NCBI GenBank assembly: GCA_964392455.1
Contig: CAYMPG010000003.1
Location: 802 to 64,801, forward strand
Direction: 5' to 3'
Length of the DNA stretch: 64,000 nt
DNA from: an uncultured Clostridium sp.
GTDB taxonomy: Bacteria > Bacillota > Clostridia > Christensenellales > CAG-138
Position numbers and translations under genes: made by a program
The notes under the pieces: model-generated
Database searches by the model: none
Told to the model about the DNA's origin: nothing
The model's input: only the letters and a program-made list of their open reading frames with translations
In this document: in pieces, positions 28,438 to 37,100 of the stretch
Layout of the letters: every line of letters starts with the position of its first letter
Numbering within the stretch: the first letter of the stretch is position 1

Positions 28438-29914
28438 GCCTATCATGATACAGGGCACCATGTCCAATGCTGGCAAAAGCCTGCTGTGTACAGGGCTTTG
28501 CAGGGTATTCAGGCAGGATGGGTACAGGGTAGCCCCATTTAAAAGCCAGAATATGGCCCTTAATTCCCACATCACCGCCGATGGGCTGGAAATGGGCCGT
28601 GCCCAGGCAGTGCAGGCAGAGGCCTGCGGCCTGGAGCCCTCCGTACATATGAATCCAATACTTCTAAAGCCCGTTACGGACATGGGCTCCCAGGTGATAG
28701 TAAATGGCCGGGTATTGGGCAACATGAAGGCCGCCGATTATTTTGCCATGAAAAAGAGCCTGATACCTGATATTATGAGCGCATATGATGCACTTGCGGC
28801 GCAAAATGATATAATCGTAATAGAAGGCGCAGGGAGCCCCGCAGAGATAAACCTCAAGCAGGATGACATCGTAAATATGGGCATGGCCCGCATGGCCGGG
28901 GCACCTGTGCTGCTGGTTGGAGATATTGACCGTGGCGGCGTATTCGCCCAGCTTGCAGGTACGCTTATGCTGCTAAATAAGGATGAGCAGGCCATGGTAA
29001 AGGCCACCGTGATAAACAAATTCCGTGGGGATGTTGAGCTGCTGCGCCCCGGCCTTGATATGCTGTACGGCATTACCGGCAAGCCCGTGGCAGGGGTACT
29101 GCCTTACCTTAAGGTGAATATCGAGGCAGAGGACAGCCTGTCCCAGCCCTCATCAAAGGGACATGAGGCCATAGATATTGCGGTAATACGGTTTCCCCGC
29201 ATTTCAAATTTTACCGACCTTGCGCCCCTTGAGGCCACGCCCGGCGTGGGCGTAAGATATATATCCTCCCCCCTTGAGCTGGGTACGCCGGATATGCTGG
29301 TGCTGCCCGGCACCAAGAATACCATATCCGATCTGCTGTGGCTTAGAAGCTCCGGCCTTGAGGGCAGTATAAAAGCGCTGTCACATGGCAGCACGCTTAT
29401 CGTTGGCATATGCGGCGGCTACCAGATGCTGGGCAGGAGCATTAAAGACCCTGAAGGCGTTGAGGGCGGCGGCGAAATAACAGGGCTGGGGCTGCTTCCC
29501 GTTCATACGACATTCCGGCGGCAAAAGCACCGTACCCGCACCACAGGCAGCATAATCTGCTCAGGCGAGCTGCAGCCCCTTAACGGCCTATCGATATACG
29601 GTTACGAGATACACATGGGCAGCACTTCCCCCGAGCCCGGAGCCCAGCCCCTTTTGCTGCTGGACAATGGCCTTACTGACGGCTGCATTTCAGGGAATGT
29701 TTTAGGGAGCTATCTGCATGGCTTTTTCGATAGCGCCGAATGTCGCCAAGGCATAATAAACCTGTTATGCCAGCGAAAGGGTATAGACCCCTCCGCCTAT
29801 GCAGCCTTTGACTACACCCTATACAAAGAACAGCAATACGACCTGCTGGCAGATGCGCTAAGGAGCAGCCTTGATATGAGCATGATATACCGTATACTTG
29901 AGGAGGGCATATGA
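28430..29914 (+). CDS. cobQ: Cobyric acid synthase CobQ/CbiP
   Basis: 'IMIQGTMSNAGKSLL..APFKSQNMALNS', 'EGAGSPAEINL' and a C-terminal GATase region 'GICGGYQMLG' are present. Confidence 0.9.
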   Translation: MAKPIMIQGTMSNAGKSLLCTGLCRVFRQDGYRVAPFKSQNMALNSHITADGLEMGRAQAVQAEACGLEPSVHMNPILLKPVTDMGSQVIVNGRVLGNMKAADYFAMKKSLIPDIMSAYDALAAQNDIIVIEGAGSPAEINLKQDDIVNMGMARMAGAPVLLVGDIDRGGVFAQLAGTLMLLNKDEQAMVKATVINKFRGDVELLRPGLDMLYGITGKPVAGVLPYLKVNIEAEDSLSQPSSKGHEAIDIAVIRFPRISNFTDLAPLEATPGVGVRYISSPLELGTPDMLVLPGTKNTISDLLWLRSSGLEGSIKALSHGSTLIVGICGGYQMLGRSIKDPEGVEGGGEITGLGLLPVHTTFRRQKHRTRTTGSIICSGELQPLNGLSIYGYEIHMGSTSPEPGAQPLLLLDNGLTDGCISGNVLGSYLHGFFDSAECRQGIINLLCQRKGIDPSAYAAFDYTLYKEQQYDLLADALRSSLDMSMIYRILEEGI

Positions 29915-30435
29915 ACGGCCTGATACACATCTACACCGGCGACGGCAAAGGCAAGACCACCGCAGCCCTCGGGCTGGCCATTCGGGCTGCAGGCTGTGGC
30001 AAGAGGGTGCTTATTGTGCAGTTTTTCAAGGGCAGAGATTGCGGAGAGCTGCACTCGCTGGAGCTGATTAAAAACATTTCCCTCCTCCGCCCCGAGGCCT
30101 GCCACGGCTTCTATAAGTACATGACCGACGACCAGCGAAAGGAAATATATCAGGAGCATACCCGGCTCCTTTCTCTTGCCCTGGAGCAGGCCCACAGCGG
30201 CACATTGGATATGCTCATACTGGATGAGGTAATGTCTGCCTATCAGCACGACGCAGTGGATACGACCATGGTAGACGCTCTGCTGCAAAGCAAGCCCGCC
30301 ACCCTTGAGCTTGTGCTGACAGGCCGTGATGCCCCTCCCCACTTCATAGCCATGGCTGACTATGTAACAGAAATGCACAAGGTAAAGCACCCCTACGATA
30401 GGGGCATTTCCGCAAGGGAGGGAATAGAATTTTGA
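29911..30435 (+). CDS. cobO: Cob(I)yrinic acid a,c-diamide adenosyltransferase (CobO/BtuR type)
   Basis: 'IHIYTGDGKGKTTAALGLAIRAAGCGKRVLIVQFFKG', 'LDE' and 'TGR.AP' are present. Confidence 0.9.
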   Translation: MNGLIHIYTGDGKGKTTAALGLAIRAAGCGKRVLIVQFFKGRDCGELHSLELIKNISLLRPEACHGFYKYMTDDQRKEIYQEHTRLLSLALEQAHSGTLDMLILDEVMSAYQHDAVDTTMVDALLQSKPATLELVLTGRDAPPHFIAMADYVTEMHKVKHPYDRGISAREGIEF

Positions 30436-31064
30436 CCCATAATATTGACAATATCTCCCCCGGAGATATTGAAAAGCGCAGCTTTGAGATCATCCAATCA
30501 GAGCTGCCCCATCCCCTGGACCCTGAGCTTGCCCCGATCATAAAGCGGGTGATACACGCCTCAGCGGATTTTGACTATGCCGATAATATGTATTTTTCCG
30601 ATAACGCCGTAAAGCACGCCCTTAGCGCCATACTTGAGGGCGCATGCATAGTTACCGATACAAACATGGCTAAGGGGGGAATAAATAAAAAAGCTTTGTC
30701 CAGGCACGGCGGAGAGGTATTCTGCTTTATGGCAGATGAGGACATACAGCTTTCTGCAAAGGCCAACGGCACCACCCGGGCAGCGGCCTCCATGGACAAG
30801 GCCTGCGCCATAGACCGGCCGCTGATATTCGCCATAGGCAATGCACCCACGGCGCTGATACGGCTGCACGAGCTGATTTCCGATGGCCGTATTTCCCCCC
30901 GGCTCATAATCGGCGCACCTGTTGGCTTTGTAAATGTCATTCCGGCGAAGGAGCTCATCATGGAGCTGGATACGCCCTGCATAGTTGCCCGGGGACGCAA
31001 GGGCGGCAGCAATATCGCCGCCGCAATATGCAATGCCCTGCTGTATATGCTGGGCCGGGAATAG
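30432..31064 (+). CDS. cbiC: Cobalt-precorrin-8 methylmutase CbiC
   Basis: TTG start. 'IEKRSFEII', 'VIHASADFDY', 'IGNAPTAL' and 'IIGAPVGFV' are present. Confidence 0.9.
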   Translation: MTHNIDNISPGDIEKRSFEIIQSELPHPLDPELAPIIKRVIHASADFDYADNMYFSDNAVKHALSAILEGACIVTDTNMAKGGINKKALSRHGGEVFCFMADEDIQLSAKANGTTRAAASMDKACAIDRPLIFAIGNAPTALIRLHELISDGRISPRLIIGAPVGFVNVIPAKELIMELDTPCIVARGRKGGSNIAAAICNALLYMLGRE

Positions 31065-31155
31065 CACAGCCTGCCGCTAAATTACATTCATCAGTGAAAT
31101 TTAGAACATTTTCCGCATATATTTAGCATACCAACTTGACGGAGGTGTTTAAATT

Positions 31156-31388
31156 TTGCGTATATTGGTGATCAGTAAGCGCACGCTCATAATTGCTGCC
31201 ATAGTTCTTCTGGTGCTCATCGTTGCCATCCTGCTGCTGCTCAGCTTCGCCCCCGATGCGGCTGCCGCCAGCTCACGCCCCATTGAGGAATACGAGCTGG
31301 AAGTCCTTGCAGGGCAAAAAAAAGAGCTGCCCATCTACAGCGTAGACCGCAGCGATAAAAAAATAGCCCTTACCATTGATGCAGCATG
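31156..31388 (+). pseudogene. 5' fragment (codons 1-77) of a split NodB-type, PdaB-like polysaccharide deacetylase gene
   Basis: The TTG start lies 8 nt after GGAGGTG. An N-terminal TM anchor is followed by 'PIYSVDRSDKKIALTIDAA'. After 31388 the frame continues into unrelated sequence for 7 codons and stops (31408-31410). The missing remainder is found at 43770..44345. Confidence 0.85.
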
Positions 31389-31407
31389 TGCTGCGGCTCA
31401 AATGTGG
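31368..31407. other. attL junction of the inserted element (crossover at or near TG 31387-31388)
   Basis: The host half is 'ccattgatgcagca', then TG, then the element half 'TGCTGCGGCTcaAATGTGG'. The 7 bp CAGCATG (31382-31388) is repeated at 43765-43771. Confidence 0.8.
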
Positions 31408-31424
31408 TAACCGCCGCCCATTAC

Positions 31425-31458
31425 AAAACCCCGCCGAATATCGGTGGGGGTATTTTTC
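31425..31458. terminator. Bidirectional hairpin terminator just inside the element's left end
   Basis: CCCCGCCGA (31429-31437) pairs with TCGGTGGGG (31441-31449). A T-run follows on the plus strand, and TTTTG follows on the minus strand. Confidence 0.6.
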
Positions 31459-31516
31459 TTTCCCTCGTCAAAGCACCTCTGCCCCAGCGTAAGGCCACTA
31501 ATGTGTCATCAAAATC

Positions 31517-32212
31517 GTTTAAGACCCCTCTGGAATTACACAGCTCTCAAACGCGGCGGCGTTCATGGCGTAGTATTCTACGGTTTAAGACCCCTCTGGA
31601 ATTACACAGCTCTCAAACATGACAAGCTCTTTCATGCGGACTTGCTTTGTTTAAGACCCCTCTGGAATTACACAGCTCTCAAACAGACGCTGGAAGAAGC
31701 AAGGGCACGCTTCGGTTTAAGACCCCTCTGGAATTACACAGCTCTCAAACTGCCGAGCCTTATGTTATCGAGAAAGATGAGTTTAAGACCCCTCTGGAAT
31801 TACACAGCTCTCAAACGGTGGCTGAGGCCGCTCCTCTTTCTCCGGTGTTTAAGACCCCTCTGGAATTACACAGCTCTCAAACGGAGCCATCCTTCCAAGC
31901 GAGCTTGACCCGGTTTAAGACCCCTCTGGAATTACACAGCTCTCAAACAAGAACTGAATATAACGAGCCTTAAAGAAAGTTTAAGACCCCTCTGGAATTA
32001 CACAGCTCTCAAACTATTTTTTATGCATTTTCTTTTTCTTATTTGTTTAAGACCCCTCTGGAATTACACAGCTCTCAAACAACCCCCCAAAGCACCTTCC
32101 GCATAGGCTCGTTTAAGACCCCTCTGGAATTACACAGCTCTCAAACGAGCCGACCTCTCAAAGGCTATCCGTGATGGTTTAAGACCCCTCTGGAATTACA
32201 CAGCTCTCAAAC
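31517..32212 (-). CRISPR. CRISPR array: 11 identical 36-bp repeats and 10 spacers of exactly 30 bp
   Basis: The plus-strand repeat is GTTTAAGACCCCTCTGGAATTACACAGCTCTCAAAC at 31517, 31583, 31649, 31715, 31781, 31847, 31913, 31979, 32045, 32111 and 32177. In the transcribed (minus) orientation it is GTTTGAGAGCTGTGTAATTCCAGAGGGGTCTTAAAC, a type II-A-like repeat. Confidence 0.98.
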
Positions 32213-32301
32213 CTCAAATTTGAAAATCGGCCCAGCCAGCCGTGTGTACTTCCAAAGGAACACCTGTGTCTTTATTATACTGTAAAACCATTCTTTTGCA
32301 A
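32213..32301 (-). promoter_or_regulatory. CRISPR leader with candidate promoter
   Basis: This is the 89-bp interval between the csn2 stop and the first repeat. On the minus strand, TTGCAA (32301-32296) is followed by a 16-nt spacer and TATAAT (32279-32274). Confidence 0.6.
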
Positions 32302-32967
32302 CTATATTTCACATAAATCCCTGTCTATAATTGTGCGCCGCTCACCGCTCAGCAGCGGATGCTCACTCCCCTCTATCATAAGTATTCTATGCTTGCGGGG
32401 GCATGTGGTATAAAAGAAATCTGTCAGCTCCTCATCTGAAAAATAGCTTCTTAAATTAACAAAGATAAACAGCTTTTCCCGCTCAAATTCTGCCACCATA
32501 TCCATATAGCTTATTATTGCATCAATATCATTTTCAGGTGCTTCCTCCACAGCAAGGTTTGCCTGTTTTAAAAAGGATGCTATGGTCAGCTTATCGCTAT
32601 CAAAGGTAAGCGGGTATTCTCCGCACAGCTCTGTCAGCAATTGCTCTATACCTGATAATACCAGGTGGTAGCGCTCAAAGTATTCGGATTCCATGGCCCT
32701 GCTCTCTATTTGGGATATTATACGGGTAAGCAGCGTCTTTTTATTGCAGGGGAAGGGAACTATCTCTGTAAACATTTCAGCGTGCTTTGAAATGCTCAGC
32801 AGCTTGCCTTCTGATGAAAGCACGCAGGTTCCCGGTTCATCACAAAGCTGACGGCGTATGTCCTTTATGAGGCTGCGGAAGGCACTTTGATTTTCAATCA
32901 CTATCGAGCAGGCGCAGCCTTCCTCAAGGGGTACAGGCGGGCTATATTGAGAAAAAAGCAGCTTCAA
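32302..32967 (-). CDS. csn2: Csn2 (type II-A adaptation protein)
   Basis: 221 aa, positioned after cas2 and before the array. 'KLFIFVNLRSYFSDEEL' parallels S. pyogenes Csn2 'KLLIFINSGAFLTKDEV'. Confidence 0.85.
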   Translation of the reverse strand: MKLLFSQYSPPVPLEEGCACSIVIENQSAFRSLIKDIRRQLCDEPGTCVLSSEGKLLSISKHAEMFTEIVPFPCNKKTLLTRIISQIESRAMESEYFERYHLVLSGIEQLLTELCGEYPLTFDSDKLTIASFLKQANLAVEEAPENDIDAIISYMDMVAEFEREKLFIFVNLRSYFSDEELTDFFYTTCPRKHRILMIEGSEHPLLSGERRTIIDRDLCEI

Positions 32968-33284
32968 AGAATCACCAGCCTTTCATCGCTAGTTACCACA
33001 TCTGTTTCAAGCCTGCCCACCAGATATTCCATGCCTGCGAATTGCTTTTCCGTAACGGTGAGCATCTGTACCAGGCCTGCCGGCGGCCTGTTTTTGCGTA
33101 CGGTATCCATTGCCGCCTTGCCTGCACCGGCATTTATCAGCAGGCGGCAGTATACCGACTCCTGCATCATTATAAACCCATTGCTTATCAGCGCCTTGCG
33201 AAAGCGCCGATAGTTTCGCCTGTCATCCGGCGTTTCTGTAGGCAGGTCAAAAAATACCAATACACGCATAAATCTGTAGCTCAT
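32964..33284 (-). CDS. cas2: Cas2
   Basis: 'MRVLVFFDLPTETPDDRRNYRRFRKALISNGFIMMQESVY' is typical of Cas2. It overlaps the cas1 stop and the csn2 start. Confidence 0.95.
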   Translation of the reverse strand: MSYRFMRVLVFFDLPTETPDDRRNYRRFRKALISNGFIMMQESVYCRLLINAGAGKAAMDTVRKNRPPAGLVQMLTVTEKQFAGMEYLVGRLETDVVTSDERLVIL

Positions 33285-34153
33285 AGCAGTGGAAACTTTA
33301 TTGCTTCAATGTCATCGCCGTTCAGTGCATCGAATACGCTCTTTGTGTATATCTTTATCGAATTGAGCACGGTCTGTTCGCTGCCATTTATGCTTACTGT
33401 ATCATTAAGCACAGCAATTACCCTGTGCTTTTCCTCAGGGCTAAAATCCCATAGCTCCATGGACAGCACCCTTTTATCTATTAGCGGCCGATATGGCTCC
33501 ATAAGGTCACAGCTCAGATTAAACTGATTGAACACATTGTCATGAAACAGCCCAAATTGCGTTAGATACCCATTTGCCGTCACCTCCCTGTTAAATACAG
33601 AAAGGATTATCCCGTAGCCATAATCCAGCGCCGCATTTATCGGATCCGGCGAAGCCCTTCTAACAAAGTCCATTCCAAACAGCCCATTGAAATAAACCTT
33701 CGCTGCATGGCCCTCCCTGTTTGTCACATCGCCAAATTCAATCTCCCCAATATATCTGGTCAGCTTATCCGCCTCGTTTTCCCTGCCGGCAGCCCGCAAT
33801 ACGCCTGCCTGGTTTTTAATCTTTTCTGTAACTATGGCCGTCCATACGTGGCCCTTGGTCAGGTCTGTCCACTGCATTTGCTGCTTTACCTTGCGTGAAG
33901 TATCGTGGCTGCCATAATACGGGCAAAGCTCTGCGGTGGGATTTCTTTTCCCATCGCAGAACACCACCCTTATCTTTTTATTCACCAGCTCGGATAACAG
34001 ATACCCCGTCATGGATACCGCAGTGCTTTCTATCATCAGCAGAGCAATCTCATCCATAAACACCCGCCTGGTCTCCTCGCCCCGTACCACAAGGTAGCCC
34101 ATTTTATAGTCCAGCTTGCATCTGCTGGAAATCACCACCGTGCGCCAGCTCAT
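33281..34153 (-). CDS. cas1: Cas1 (type II)
   Basis: 290 aa with 'GYLVVRGEE', 'NAALDYGYGIL' and 'HDNVFNQFNLSCDLMEPYRPLID'. Confidence 0.95.
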   Translation of the reverse strand: MSWRTVVISSRCKLDYKMGYLVVRGEETRRVFMDEIALLMIESTAVSMTGYLLSELVNKKIRVVFCDGKRNPTAELCPYYGSHDTSRKVKQQMQWTDLTKGHVWTAIVTEKIKNQAGVLRAAGRENEADKLTRYIGEIEFGDVTNREGHAAKVYFNGLFGMDFVRRASPDPINAALDYGYGIILSVFNREVTANGYLTQFGLFHDNVFNQFNLSCDLMEPYRPLIDKRVLSMELWDFSPEEKHRVIAVLNDTVSINGSEQTVLNSIKIYTKSVFDALNGDDIEAIKFPLL

Positions 34154-34157
34154 ATCT

Positions 34158-37100
34158 TTACAGCAGCGTCAGCAGGTTTATCGACGCCTTCTCATACAGA
34201 CCCGATGGCGATTGATCTATTATGCGAACGTCTGAGTAGCTCTTCTTCCAGTTCGAAAGGCTTGAGCTTAATGTAGGCACCCCTGCCTTTCCAACACCGC
34301 CTATGGCTGTAAAGTCACTTCCACCGCCATTCCTGCTGAATACAACAAGTATTTCAGACAGGATTTTAATTTGCTCATCAGGAGCTAAGCCAATAAACTT
34401 CTTCCGTCCGTTCACGAGCGTATCTATCACGTTGCTGACTGCAGGCCGCTTGTTGAATGGATATGCCGACAGCTTCTGCGTGAGCACATCGTATAGCTCT
34501 ATATTCTTTTCAGGTGTCAGCTTATCATAATCGGCATTCAGCTTGAGCTGCTGATTATCCCTGCGTTTATTCTGGAATGACTCTATGCGCTTAATGTATC
34601 TCTCATCCTCCGGCTCCAGCCGCAGCGGCATCAATGGTGATACAAGCAGCAGCTTTCCGCCGCTGGCTTTTCCGGACAGAGCCACACGGAAGCCGTCCAG
34701 CGACAGAATGGTATTTACCCTGAGTATGCGGGCTTCCATCGGCAATTCCACGCTATCAACAGCCTTGCCGATGACTTTTTCTATGGCCGCCCTGGTAACC
34801 TCTCTGGCTGCCGCATAGCTTTCAGCAAACTTTGCTGCCATTATCAGCTCAATAGGAACTATCATCAGCTCGCTTTTTTTACCCAGATAATACTTTGCCA
34901 GCACGAAGAACGTGGCTGTAGGCTTTCTGTATCCACCATACTTCTCAGGTGGCAGGTTGTTTTTGCGGGGCAGCAGTTCGCTTTTTAATGTAGCGCCCAT
35001 TGGCTGCTGATCATACAGCGAGCCTTTGCGGCAGAATGCATACCGTGTTACGTGGATATGGTTCTTCTGCACTATTCGCTTGACCCTGCCGATATCTGCC
35101 TCTCCGCGCCATACGCATCCGTTTTTCCCTACCGGATGGTCAAATATCTCCTTTGTCTTCATGCTGTATTTCTGATCCAGCCTGAAGTAGTTTTTATTGA
35201 ATTTTTCATGGTATACGTTGCCTACCACCACATTCAGGTAAGCATCCTTGGCATGGTGCAAATCATTCACCGTGCGGCATTTCAGCATTTCAAATTCATG
35301 ACGAAAATCAGCTACCAGCCCAGCCTTTACGTACACTATCTCGGTATCAGGATAACGCTCCTTAAGGATAGATGTGACTGCCTTGGTGGACTGTCGGGTC
35401 TCTACCAGCTGGCGCTGTATAAAGCCCATCAGCTCATCATCGGTAAACTGCGTGGTTCTGGTAAGCCTGCGATACTTTTCTTCGGTAATAAGATTCTTAT
35501 CATGCAGCTTTTTCCAGAACACGCCCATGCGGCTTCTTATATCCGCCTTAATCGGGTATTTGTCCCCTTTATCTCCGTTACACTCAGAACGACACAGCAC
35601 CTTGTTGTTGAGTATACTGTCATCCTTTACCTTGCACTGGGGATAAATGTGATCCACGTCATAGATTTTTTGATCCGATAAATGTTCCAGCGCAATAGGC
35701 TCCCCGCTATACATACACTTGCCCAGCTGCATAAAGTAAAGGTACAGCTTGTCGCTTTGCAGGGCGTTATCGTCCTTTGTCTCCAGCAGGTTTTTCAGTT
35801 CACGTACTTCGCTCTCACTAAACTCCTTATACGCTTCCAGTATCTGAGTGCGGCGTGACTTTGTGCGCTTTCCCTTTTGTTCCTCGTTGGCTCCCCGTGC
35901 CATTTCTACAAATATCCTGCTGGGTGGCGCTCCCAGGGCTTTCACAACGTCCTTTACCACATCAAGCGTGCGATATATCTGACGCCGTACCGTATTGGAT
36001 AAATACAGCTCATCCATCCGTTTGGACAGGCTCTTTGGGTTTTCTCTATAATACTCGGTTACTTCATTTTTGATATTATCTGCAAATGTGAACTTATCCG
36101 TCAGCAGCTCCATGATGGTATAGTTGGTTTCCCACATAGCCTGCAGCATGGTGAATACCTGGCCCGTACCCGAATTCCTTTCCATTCCTTCAATTTCACA
36201 GAGGAGTCTGCGTGAAAGCCTCCCGAAGTCCTTAAACTTCTGATTGGAAAGGTATTTGGCATCTTCCGTGCATATATTGGGAAATTCTTTTGATATCCAT
36301 CGGATAAAGCGTGCCTTGTCCTCGGTGCAGGTGATGCGCTCTATAATCTGCTCCGCCTGATCCACCGTTAGCATTCCTGCATCCAGGAGCTTCCGGAAAG
36401 CATGCCATGGTTGCAATGAAGACTTTATGCCCTCAGTATCCACTCCGCTCAGTATATCGGAGCTGAGCATGTATCCTTCGCTTATGCAGAACTCCTTCAG
36501 TGCTTTAAAGGTTACACGTTTTTTTCTTTCAAATAGCTCACGGTATATGCTTTGCTTCTGTTCTACAGTGATTGGGATGCCATTTATTTTTATAGGATTG
36601 ATTTCATTAAGAACAGTAAACTTTGTATAATACAGCGAATTCTTGGGCAATACATACTCCGAAGGGAGATATGTACAGCGGCCAATCATATTATGAATAA
36701 ACCTATCCTCGCTCTTGTCCAGATCCACCATATCCTCAAAATTCCACGGGTATATCCTGCCTGCCTTTCTTTCCAGCCAGGCATAGCTGCTGCGATTATT
36801 CAGCGGCCCTACATAGTATGGAATTCTAAACCTGAATACGGATATTATCTTTTCAGATACAGTAAGCCCGTCGCTATCCCTTTCCCTGAGAAATGGTAGA
36901 TATTGCTCTGCATTTTCCAGTATTTTCTTCAGCTCCACCAGATAAAGCTGATATGGTATGACACGGTTGTCTGTGTCCTTCTGCTTCGGCATAAATGTAT
37001 ACATCTCCAGCCGGGCAAGCATATCATCATATTCTGCTTTGTCAGCCTGCTGCACATCAATATTCTTTACTATTTTCTTTATATAATCGCAAAAGTCCGT

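Noticed and set aside
31386-31973. Three ORF-track entries (31386..31622, 31444..31908 and 31647..31973) have periodic peptides such as 'LRPLWNYTALK' and 'FKTPLELHSSQT'.
   Set aside because: They are translations of the 36-bp CRISPR repeat read in different frames across the 66-bp repeat-spacer period. They are not proteins.
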